DNA of 64,000 nucleotides from Lachnospiraceae bacterium (lineage in GTDB: Bacteria > Bacillota > Clostridia > Lachnospirales > Lachnospiraceae). Positions 25,797 to 33,369 of the stretch are shown here, in pieces (the stretch's first letter is position 1; each line of letters starts with the position of its first letter). The translations under genes and the position numbers were made by a program. The DNA is taken from contig JAJQCZ010000033.1 of the NCBI GenBank assembly GCA_021202465.1, forward strand, positions 18,616-82,615. The letters are read 5' to 3'. The notes beneath the pieces were generated by a model. That model made no database searches. It was not told the DNA's origin and saw nothing but the letters and a program-made list of their open reading frames with translations.

Positions 25797-26559
25797 GTCC
25801 CTTCTTCTTATCTGTCCGGACCAGCACCCAGCCCAGGGTAAACAGCACCAGGCCTCCCGCTGCCAGGATTGGGATCGGCCAGTTCAACTGTCCGGTCTGG
25901 GGGAGCGTGGTCGTCGTTCCGGTGGTCTTCGTTGTTTTCCCTGTCTTCGTGGTCGTAGCTGGCTCTTCCTCCGTCGCGGCCTCTGTTGTGGCCTCCTCGG
26001 TGGGTTCCTCGGGCGTTTCCGGAAGGACTGTCACCTCCACCTTCGGGGTCGCATCCACCGCATAGACCCAGGCTTCGCTCTCCTCACTGGGAAGCGTCAC
26101 CACAAAGGGAGAAAGGGTGGCGAAGCCGGTGGACTGGGTGGTCTGCACCACCAGATAAAGCCCCAACTCCAGCTCGTCAAAGAGGACCGTGCCGTCCTCC
26201 CCGATAGAAGCGGTGATCCCCTCGGCCTCCGTCGTCCCGATATACTCCGCCAGTGCGGATGCCAGGGACGTATCCTCCACATCCAGGTCGCCGGTATAGT
26301 CGGCAAAGACGTCTGTCGGCTCATAGGCCATACTGCCGTCATCCAGATACAGCGCCGCCACCTCGTAGAGGGTGACCGCTCCGTCGGTCATGACATTGCC
26401 GTCGTTATCCGCGAGCGTCAGGCTCACGGAACCGGTCTGCGTGAAGTCCAGTGACGCGCTGTCCGCGGCACAGACATTCTGACTCACGCCGCAGGCCAGG
26501 GTCAGCGCCAGCAGCAGGGCGCCGACCAGACGAGCTGTTCTTGTCATCGTCTTCATCAA
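25786..26559 (-). CDS. Small LPXTG pilin subunit (single CnaB/SpaA-like domain)
   Basis: Signal peptide, then LYLVVQT...SPFVVTLP...WVYAVDATPK (pilin-motif-like Lys), a Thr/Glu linker, and LPQTG plus a TM helix plus KKKGH. Confidence 0.8.
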   Translation of the reverse strand: MMKTMTRTARLVGALLLALTLACGVSQNVCAADSASLDFTQTGSVSLTLADNDGNVMTDGAVTLYEVAALYLDDGSMAYEPTDVFADYTGDLDVEDTSLASALAEYIGTTEAEGITASIGEDGTVLFDELELGLYLVVQTTQSTGFATLSPFVVTLPSEESEAWVYAVDATPKVEVTVLPETPEEPTEEATTEAATEEEPATTTKTGKTTKTTGTTTTLPQTGQLNWPIPILAAGGLVLFTLGWVLVRTDKKKGHAA

Positions 26560-27473
26560 GATTCCTCCTTTTTTCTCTTCCGGCGTGATCCCGCCAGCAC
26601 TCCGATCAGAAGGAGCAGCAGTAAGGGCACCGCCACGATCGTTGCAACCAGTATTGTATCCACCTGATATGCCTCCGCGGTCACGCGGATCAAAGCATCG
26701 TCGGCATTTTCTATACGCACCCCGCGTACCAGCAGCCGATGGCTGTTGATGCCGTAGGGAGTACAGGTCATCAATGTACAGTAATCTTTTCCTTCTTCTA
26801 TATAAAGGTTCTCGATCTCATCCGGCTCTACGATGGAGATCTGATCGATTTCATAGGTAAGAACCTGATTCAGCACGGTGATCGTGAAAGTATCTCCGAC
26901 CTCCAGCTGATCCAGATCCGTAAACAGCAGCGCACTGGGCAATCCCCGGTGTGCGGAGATTACGCAGTGTGTGCTTTCTCCTCCGACAGGAAGACTGGTT
27001 CCCTCCAGATGTCCGGCTCCGTTCTGAAGGACCGACGTATCGGTCCCGTGGTAAATGGGCAGCTCCACGTCGATCTTGTCAATCGTGACATAGCCCATGA
27101 TTCCGGTTCCGGTGATATTCAACAGGTCCCAGTAATCCTCATCAACCAGATCCGGGACGGAAATCGTCTTGTCAGACCCCAGCTCCGCCAGCCGTTCATT
27201 GTATGCCTCCGCCGCTTCAAAATAGGAGGAATAGTCTTCTTCCGTCATCTCGGAAACGGCTTCCTCGTAGGTGGCGATCGCCTTCGTCTGTGCCCGGGAA
27301 TTCCACCAGTTGCTGACAGAGGGATACAGCATCACGGCCAGACCGATAAAAAACACAATCACCAGAAGGATGGTTCCCCGCCTGTCATTTCTTCTCCGGT
27401 TTCGTTTTCTTCGTTGTCTTCGTGTTCGTTTAACTTCGTTATCTTCTCGGCTCGTCTGGCGTTTCATGTCCAT
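26556..27473 (-). CDS. Class C (pilus-assembly) sortase
   Basis: ELPIYHGT, VISAHRG and TLMTCTPYGINSHRLLVRG motifs, with N- and C-terminal TM helices as in class C sortases. Confidence 0.9.
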   Translation of the reverse strand: MDMKRQTSREDNEVKRTRRQRRKRNRRRNDRRGTILLVIVFFIGLAVMLYPSVSNWWNSRAQTKAIATYEEAVSEMTEEDYSSYFEAAEAYNERLAELGSDKTISVPDLVDEDYWDLLNITGTGIMGYVTIDKIDVELPIYHGTDTSVLQNGAGHLEGTSLPVGGESTHCVISAHRGLPSALLFTDLDQLEVGDTFTITVLNQVLTYEIDQISIVEPDEIENLYIEEGKDYCTLMTCTPYGINSHRLLVRGVRIENADDALIRVTAEAYQVDTILVATIVAVPLLLLLLIGVLAGSRRKRKKEES

Positions 27474-27565
27474 AAGTTACTCCTGCAACGCCGCCTTTCA
27501 TTAGCTCTTAGCCGCCAGCCACCATGGACCACGGTCGTGAGCAGCTAACAACCAACCATCGATGC

Positions 27566-27599
27566 CTCTCCTCCCCTGGCCGAAGCCGGGGAAGGAGAG
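27566..27599 (-). promoter_or_regulatory. Strong intercistronic hairpin between the large pilin gene and the class C sortase gene
   Basis: CTCTCCTCCCC-tggccgaagcc-GGGGAAGGAGAG (about 11 bp, GC-rich) with no U-tract. It could be a partial terminator or an mRNA stabiliser. Confidence 0.5.
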
Positions 27600-27644
27600 A
27601 GTTGATCTGCAGAAATGTTTTCGGTTACTTACCGTTTCGGTTTA

Positions 27645-30524
27645 TCAGTTCCGGCTCATTCTCCGGCGGGTGATCAGCAGAACCGCCGCGCCGAGAACCA
27701 GAATGCCGCCGACCAGGTAGAAGAGCGTAGTGCCCATACCACCGGTGCCGGGAAGGGTCGAACCGGCTGCGTTGGCGACGAGGACAGAAATCACAGGAAC
27801 TTCAAACTCCGTTACGGTCGTGATTTCAGATTCTTCACCATCGCTTTCGGTGCTCACCAGCTTATAAAGCCCCTCAGCATATGTATCCGGCTTGACTGTT
27901 TCTTCGAACGTTCCATCTTCGAGCTTTGTATACACAGTACCGTCGTATCCATCTAACTCTTCCTCAGTAATAGCTGCGAAATACCGGGTAGTCGTGATAG
28001 TGGACGTGCTGTACGTCACAGAACTCGAATCCATCTTGGCTTCCAGGGTTTTAGGATCCGTCAGCAGGACATAGCCATCGGGAGCCTTAACCTCAGTGAG
28101 GGTATAGGTTCCGATATCCACACCCTTGATGATAATCTGACCATTGGAGTTGCTGACAAAGGTTGACGTTGCGCCTTCAGTATTGGAATCGGACGTGTAA
28201 TTATAATACTGAACCGCTCCGTTACCATCGGTCACCGGCACCGCATAAATCGCGTTTTCGTCGGCATCCACAAGCGTGAACTCCGCACCCTCCAGAGCCT
28301 CACCAGTCTCCTCGCTGGTCTTGTAAACGCCAAGTGCGTAGGTGTAGGTCACGGTAGTACGCTCTTCGGTTTCATGGTTCAGATCACTGCCGCTGGGATA
28401 TGTCGGATTTTCCGGATCAGGATCATAGGGCTTTTCATGGCCCACCACAGAGTAATCGTAAATCGCACTGTTCACGTTACCATCACCTGCGATAACTGCA
28501 TCCTCGTTAATAATGGCATCATAAGTCAGATGAATCTCACAGTTCGGGTAGAGACCGTTACCATCTTCATCCGCCCAGATAATGGTGGCTTCGATCAGGG
28601 TGTAGTCCTTTTCACCGTCCTCACCATATACCTCACAAGTAAACAAAGTACCAATCACATTTTCTTCATCATCCTTAATTGTATAAGTGACTGAGTTTGT
28701 ACTCTTTGAAGGATTGTCTTTCGCAACATTATATTCCACATCATTGATGGTTAATTTAAAGCTATTGCCATCCAGATCAAAGCCTGGATCCATCTTATCG
28801 TAGATGTAGTAATATTTAACCTGATCGGTATAAGTGTTCTCATCATTCTCAACATGACCTTCATCTGCCACATTATTCACAGCGTCAATGCTGACATCAA
28901 AGGTCACGGTGTCGCCAAAAGCACCAGTAGAGACGGTGCTCTCGGTACCATCCTTGTTGAGAATAACCTTACCGAAGTCCTCATCCTCAGGCTCATCTGG
29001 CTCGTCTTCTGTAGGGTTCTTTACAACATTGGTCTTATAATAATTCTCACCGTCAAAGCTGTAATCAGCGGTATTCACAATGGTGCTGTCCGTGATAGAC
29101 AGAGCCGCCTCCGTGACTTTCACCTGGAAGTAGACGGTCACAGTAGCACCGACCGCCAGGTCATCAACGACCCATTTAATATTGCCATCCGTATCCACGG
29201 CGATCGTGGTCTGATCACTGAGGGTACTGCTGGCACTGCCAGCTACATAGACGGTTCCGGCAGGCGGAGCGTCAACGATGGTCAGGTCAACCGCTTCATC
29301 TGCGGTGTTTGTGTACTCGATGGTGTAAGTCAAAGTATTACCTACATCCACCTTGTTGCCATCGATGGAGCCCTGTGTATTTTCATCTGTAGGATCATAG
29401 GTTGCATCCTTGACATCCTTGACAGGTGACTCGGGATTGTCTACGGGGTTTTCCACAACATTGGTCTTGAGGTTGTACTCATGACCAACAAGGGTCACGA
29501 CAAGGTCCGCGTCGTTAACAACCGTTCTGTTTTCAATCTTCAGTGCAGCTTCTGTGACCATCACCTGGAATTCGACCACCAGGGTGGCACCATCCTCGAG
29601 ACCTGTCACTGTCCAGGTCAGAGTGCCATCAGTGGCTGTGTTCGTAGTCCCCTCACAAACAACCAGAGACCCGTCTACCAGCTGATAGATTGCCATGCTA
29701 CCTTCCACAAACTCCGTTCCTTCCGGAGCAGCATCCGTCACAACCACTTTATCCAATGTCACACCGGAATCATTCGTGTAACTGATCTGGTAAGTCAGGA
29801 TATCGCCTACGCTCACTGTTTCTTTGTTAATATCTCTGTAAGTGGTGGTTCCATCGTCCTCGTCTACCGTCTTTTCCAGAACAGCCTTGACCGGATCATC
29901 GGGCACCGGCTCTTCGGGATCATTATCCCAGCTGGGCTCTTTAGTGTTCTTATCCGTAATGGTAGCCGTGGGGTTGGTCGTAGACAGAGAAACCACCGAT
30001 CCCAGAGAGCTGGTCACGAAATAGTATCCTAGGGGCAGATTACTGAATTTCACGGTGGAAGCCTTTGCCACGTCACTAGCAACCTCTATCGCGCCGGGGA
30101 AATAACATACGATTACATCCTCACTCTGCGCAACAATAAACGATTTGACAAATGCAATGACTTCTTCATCCGAATAGGTCGTGCCATCAGCCTTGGTTCC
30201 GATCGTCACCTGATAATCGCCGTTCGAAAGCGCTGTAAAAACAAACACATTGCCACTGGCCGCCTCCAGCACCTTCTTCTGTGCTGCAGTCGCGGTGTAG
30301 GCTGTTGCAGTCACGGTATTACCGTCTTCATCCACAGACTCACTGTAAGTTGCGTCAAACAGCTTGTAGACGTGATACGTTTCATCGATGGTCGCGTTGG
30401 TGATCGTAATAGATCCCGTCGCGCTCGCATCGGAGTCTGTCTCGTCTGCAAAAGCCGTCACAGTCATGCTGAGCGTCATGACCAGCGCCAGCAATATACA
30501 GGCAGCTCGTTTCAGTTTCTTCAT
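27645..30524 (-). CDS. Large LPXTG pilin / fimbrial adhesin (isopeptide-domain type) with two DUF11-like repeats
   Basis: Signal peptide MKKLKRAACILLALVMTLSMTVTAFA. GSITITNATIDETYHVYKLFDATY is typical of the N-terminal domain of SpaH/RrgB-type pilins. There are two ~115-aa repeats (V(S/D)VG(D/N)xLTYxIxYTN...). The protein ends with LPGTGGMG, a TM helix and RRRMSRN. Confidence 0.88.
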   Translation of the reverse strand: MKKLKRAACILLALVMTLSMTVTAFADETDSDASATGSITITNATIDETYHVYKLFDATYSESVDEDGNTVTATAYTATAAQKKVLEAASGNVFVFTALSNGDYQVTIGTKADGTTYSDEEVIAFVKSFIVAQSEDVIVCYFPGAIEVASDVAKASTVKFSNLPLGYYFVTSSLGSVVSLSTTNPTATITDKNTKEPSWDNDPEEPVPDDPVKAVLEKTVDEDDGTTTYRDINKETVSVGDILTYQISYTNDSGVTLDKVVVTDAAPEGTEFVEGSMAIYQLVDGSLVVCEGTTNTATDGTLTWTVTGLEDGATLVVEFQVMVTEAALKIENRTVVNDADLVVTLVGHEYNLKTNVVENPVDNPESPVKDVKDATYDPTDENTQGSIDGNKVDVGNTLTYTIEYTNTADEAVDLTIVDAPPAGTVYVAGSASSTLSDQTTIAVDTDGNIKWVVDDLAVGATVTVYFQVKVTEAALSITDSTIVNTADYSFDGENYYKTNVVKNPTEDEPDEPEDEDFGKVILNKDGTESTVSTGAFGDTVTFDVSIDAVNNVADEGHVENDENTYTDQVKYYYIYDKMDPGFDLDGNSFKLTINDVEYNVAKDNPSKSTNSVTYTIKDDEENVIGTLFTCEVYGEDGEKDYTLIEATIIWADEDGNGLYPNCEIHLTYDAIINEDAVIAGDGNVNSAIYDYSVVGHEKPYDPDPENPTYPSGSDLNHETEERTTVTYTYALGVYKTSEETGEALEGAEFTLVDADENAIYAVPVTDGNGAVQYYNYTSDSNTEGATSTFVSNSNGQIIIKGVDIGTYTLTEVKAPDGYVLLTDPKTLEAKMDSSSVTYSTSTITTTRYFAAITEEELDGYDGTVYTKLEDGTFEETVKPDTYAEGLYKLVSTESDGEESEITTVTEFEVPVISVLVANAAGSTLPGTGGMGTTLFYLVGGILVLGAAVLLITRRRMSRN

Positions 30525-30780
30525 TCTTACTCTCCTTTTATATATTTAAGCAGGCCGCCTTCCCCTGTCAGGCAGAGTACAGCAAAGCCGTTTACAGTAA
30601 CCTTTGTCATACATTTCCGGACCACCGGATCAGTCGTCCGGCCCGTCTCTTTCACGGCTGCGGTTTCTCCGGATGCCTGTGCAGCAGACAACCGGCTCGC
30701 TCCGTCCTCTCATAGTCACACCCCCGTTCTGCACGTTTTCTTCCTTATTTTTACTGGATCAGCGACAATCGGTTCAGCGG

Positions 30781-31341
30781 TCAGATCCGCAGGATGACCC
30801 TGCCCACGATCTGGTCCTTCTCGATGCAGCCGATAACGCTGCTTCGGGAGTCGATCGAGGTCGATCGGTTATCTCCCATCACGAAATAACGATTCTCTGG
30901 CACCTGATAGGGATAGGTAATGTCTGTCTCGCCAAGCGACTGTTCGGTTACATACGGCTCGTCGAGAACTTCGCCGTTGACGAAGACCACTCCGTCGTCG
31001 TCTATATCGATCACATCGCCCGGTCCGCCGATGACCCGCTTCAACAGCAATTTGTTCTGATAGTAAAAGCCCACCAGGTCGCCGGTCTCGAAGTCGCCGG
31101 TCTTCACCAGGACGATGATGTCGTTGTCCGAGAGCGTCGGCTCCATACTGGTGCCGGATACCTGCAGCACCGGCAGGAACAGCGTCGCCAGCAGAACGGC
31201 GGCGGCCGCCACAACGATCAGCGCGTAGATCGTACTGCGCAGCGTCTGGCGGTATCGTTTCTGATATTGTAATCGTTCCCGTTCGGCGGTTACTTCCTCC
31301 TCAGAGGGGACATTTGCCATTTGCGGAATTCTGGGTTCCAT
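30781..31341 (-). CDS. Type I signal peptidase (S26 family), pilus-locus associated
   Basis: TM anchor, then SGTSMEPTL (Ser), LLKRVIG (Lys) and GDNRSTSIDSR boxes. Confidence 0.88.
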   Translation of the reverse strand: MEPRIPQMANVPSEEEVTAERERLQYQKRYRQTLRSTIYALIVVAAAAVLLATLFLPVLQVSGTSMEPTLSDNDIIVLVKTGDFETGDLVGFYYQNKLLLKRVIGGPGDVIDIDDDGVVFVNGEVLDEPYVTEQSLGETDITYPYQVPENRYFVMGDNRSTSIDSRSSVIGCIEKDQIVGRVILRI

Positions 31342-31404
31342 TACAGTTCCTTCCCATATTGATTCACATGACAGGCCGGATCTCCCCCTGAGACGCTGTC
31401 CGCT

Positions 31405-32139
31405 CTATGTGTCAGATTTTTCAAACATGCGGTTTGCCAGCTCCGGATTCTCTTTAAGAATTTTCTTTGCCTCCCGAACGAAGGCCGCCCGCATCCGCTT
31501 CACGTCCTGTGTTGTCTTCTCCCGCTGCGCCGTGCATTCCGTCTCAGTCTGTTCCCGCAGCGCCGTACATTCCGTCTCGGTCTGTTCCCGCAGCGCTGTA
31601 CATTCCGTCTCGGTCTGCTCTCGCAGCGCGACACATTCTGTCTCCGTTTGCTCCCGCAACGCGGCACATTCTGTTTCCGTCTGTTCCCGCAGAGAGCGGC
31701 ACTCCTCTTCGACCCGCCGCGTCTGTTCCGCAGCTGTCTCCTTCTCGGACTGCACCGATGCGAGCAGCTCTGCCGCCGCGTCCTTTTCCGCCTGCGCCGA
31801 TGCAAGCAGCTCCGCCGCCTGCGCTCCGGCTTCTGCCAGCCTCTGCTCTGCCTCGCTGTCTCTCTGCTTCACAGAGTCCAGATATTGCCGGGCCGCCGCC
31901 TCGGCATCCTCAAAGATATGATTCAACCCAACAGCCGCCTCTGCGATCGAACCGGCTTCCTCTATCCGCAGGAGTTTGTCATCCAGCTGACGCTGCAGCT
32001 CTTCATTTTCTGCGCGAAGCGTCTTTTCATTCTGCTGCAGAGCATAAATAATCTCGATCAGCTCCGTGCGGTTCATCCTTCGCAGGTCTTTTTCTGCTCC
32101 TCTTGCCATGCTTCTCTCACTCACTCCAACCCACGGCAC
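31405..32139 (-). CDS. Coiled-coil protein with five LREQTETECxA decapeptide repeats (start uncertain: 32139, 32109 or 32076)
   Basis: Ala/Glu/Gln-rich heptad-like sequence with no signal peptide. It overlaps or abuts the stop of the upstream gene. Function is unknown. Confidence 0.6.
   Translation of the reverse strand: MPWVGVSERSMARGAEKDLRRMNRTELIEIIYALQQNEKTLRAENEELQRQLDDKLLRIEEAGSIAEAAVGLNHIFEDAEAAARQYLDSVKQRDSEAEQRLAEAGAQAAELLASAQAEKDAAAELLASVQSEKETAAEQTRRVEEECRSLREQTETECAALREQTETECVALREQTETECTALREQTETECTALREQTETECTAQREKTTQDVKRMRAAFVREAKKILKENPELANRMFEKSDT
31525..31692 (-). repeat. 30-nt in-frame tandem repeat, about 5.5 copies
   Basis: GCATTCCGTCTC(A/G)GTCTGTTCCCGCAGCGC(C/T)GTA-type units, read directly. 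They encode LREQTETEC(A/V/T)A. Confidence 0.85.
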
Positions 32140-32929
32140 GCTGTTCCCGCTCGGCCAGCCGGTCGCTGGCCTGATCCACCAGAACGCTGATGTTCTCCCA
32201 GATACTCTCCGTCGTCGTCTGATGCAGATGCTGCAGACAGCGCGGCGAACATTTCTCCGGTGCCACGCGGGCTTCTCCGGCCAGACCGCGAATCTCGCGG
32301 CTCAGGTTGCTCCGGTCGAGCTCACCGCCGCCCCGCGTACGGAAAATCATTCCGCTGCCGATGCCCTGCCGTTCGGCATAGTTCAGCAGCTCGCCGCGCA
32401 GGGGTGCCGGAATATGTACCGACGCAGACCCCAGGAGTAATCTTCCTTCCCGGACAGCTTCCACCGTCACCTGCGAGAGCTGGGCGATCATCACACCGGT
32501 CCCCGCGAAGAGCTTGACCAGCAGATACGCTCTCTCCCGGTTCAGGCGGCGCGCCGCTCCCAGCAGACGCAGGTATTCGCTGCGTGTCAGCTCCGGCCGC
32601 ACCTCCGGCTCTCCCTTCAGGGACTGGCTCACCTGGAATTCCCGGTGACCGTAATAATCCAAAAAGCCGTTGACCGCCGCGGTGAAGGAATTGACCGTGC
32701 TGGCGGAATAACCCTTCGCCAGCAGCTTCATCCGCATCTCTTCCAGTGTTCCCCGCCGGATCCGTCGGTCCTCCGGCAGGATCTGAACCATCTGCGACAG
32801 CTTGCTCCGGTACATTCTGAGGGTTTCCTGTGACCGGCCCTGCTCCCGCAGTACATCCAGATAGCGGGCCAGCATCGGCTCGCTGACCACCAGACTCGCC
32901 TCCGGAATCTTCTCTCTGGTCTCTTCCAT
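32117..32929 (-). CDS. Tyrosine-recombinase-like protein lacking all catalytic residues (pseudo-recombinase)
   Basis: Paralogue of ORF 33370..34206 (shared YLRLL/YKRLL, VTVEAV, IFRTRxGxxxDRSN). However TGIRISEL has become TGVMIAQL, HNLRHLF has become PRCLQHL, and the GHSRIETTRIY region is unrelated, with no Tyr. Confidence 0.75.
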   Translation of the reverse strand: MEETREKIPEASLVVSEPMLARYLDVLREQGRSQETLRMYRSKLSQMVQILPEDRRIRRGTLEEMRMKLLAKGYSASTVNSFTAAVNGFLDYYGHREFQVSQSLKGEPEVRPELTRSEYLRLLGAARRLNRERAYLLVKLFAGTGVMIAQLSQVTVEAVREGRLLLGSASVHIPAPLRGELLNYAERQGIGSGMIFRTRGGGELDRSNLSREIRGLAGEARVAPEKCSPRCLQHLHQTTTESIWENISVLVDQASDRLAEREQRAVGWSE

Positions 32930-32967
32930 CCCTCACACTCCCTTCGCAGGGATTCCCCGTCCCCGGT

Positions 32968-32993
32968 AAACCGCAGACTATTCATTCTGCGGT
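32968..32993. repeat. Left inverted repeat / candidate recombinase core site
   Basis: AAACCGCAGACTATTCATTCTGCGGT. Arms ACCGCAGA and TCTGCGGT flank the 8-nt spacer CTATTCAT. Confidence 0.85.
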
Positions 32994-33181
32994 TCGACCC
33001 GAACTGCATTCACACAGTAAAGAAAATAGCGCCGATCACAACGTCTCCCGACAGAGCAGCAAGTGAATCGGCGTACAAAAAACAGACCTGCGGTGTTTAT
33101 CGTCCTCCTCAGGCTATTTTTGTGTGTCAATCAGAGAAGAATATGCTTCATAAGGCCCGGAATCTGTCACCTTTTGTCGCC

Positions 33182-33220
33182 AAAAAGGTTCAAAAAATGT
33201 TCAAAAAAGCTTCAAAAAAA
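33182..33220 (+). promoter_or_regulatory. Four phased A-tracts (UP-element-like / curved DNA) upstream of the -35
   Basis: CAAAAAGG TTCAAAAAATG TTCAAAAAAGC TTCAAAAAAAGG. The A-tracts start at about 33182, 33192, 33203 and 33214. Confidence 0.6.
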
Positions 33221-33232
33221 GGGGAAATTTCC

Positions 33233-33261
33233 TTGTAATTCCGATGTATGTAGGCTATAAT
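33233..33261 (+). promoter_or_regulatory. Sigma-A-type promoter TTGTAA-17-TATAAT
   Basis: -35 at 33233-33238, 17-nt spacer, -10 at 33256-33261. Read directly. Confidence 0.65.
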
Positions 33262-33305
33262 AGGCAATGTATGGCACGCAATAAGAATTATGTTGTGCAC
33301 AGCTT

Positions 33306-33331
33306 ACCGCAGAATGAATAGTCTGCGGTTT
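33306..33331. repeat. Right inverted repeat / candidate recombinase core site
   Basis: ACCGCAGAATGAATAGTCTGCGGTTT is the exact reverse complement of 32968-32993. The spacer ATGAATAG is inverted relative to the left site. Confidence 0.85.
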
Positions 33332-33340
33332 TTCTTTTTC
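33307..33340 (+). terminator. Plus-strand terminator formed by the right repeat hairpin plus an external T-tract
   Basis: CCGCAGA-atgaatag-TCTGCGG followed by TTTTTCTTTTT. The T-tract lies outside the repeat. Confidence 0.5.
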
Positions 33341-33369
33341 CCGCCCGCCGGGTCACGCCCCCCGCCGTT

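Larger units (their letters stand above)
32968..33331. promoter_or_regulatory. Candidate invertible promoter element (inverton)
   Basis: Perfect 26-bp inverted repeats 312 bp apart, with an internal consensus-like promoter and no credible ORF. It is flanked by a tyrosine recombinase gene and a dead paralogue. Confidence 0.65.

Noticed and set aside
30525-30780. c-di-GMP (GEMM-I/II) riboswitch upstream of the large pilin gene
   Set aside because: I could not align the conserved GEMM cores or the tetraloop/receptor arrangement by eye. I kept it only as a low-interest flag that needs a covariance-model scan.
33063-33260. 65-aa ORF inside the putative invertible segment
   Set aside because: It has no RBS. 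Its translation runs through the A-tracts (KKCSKKLQKKGK) and into the promoter hexamers, so it is better explained as regulatory DNA.
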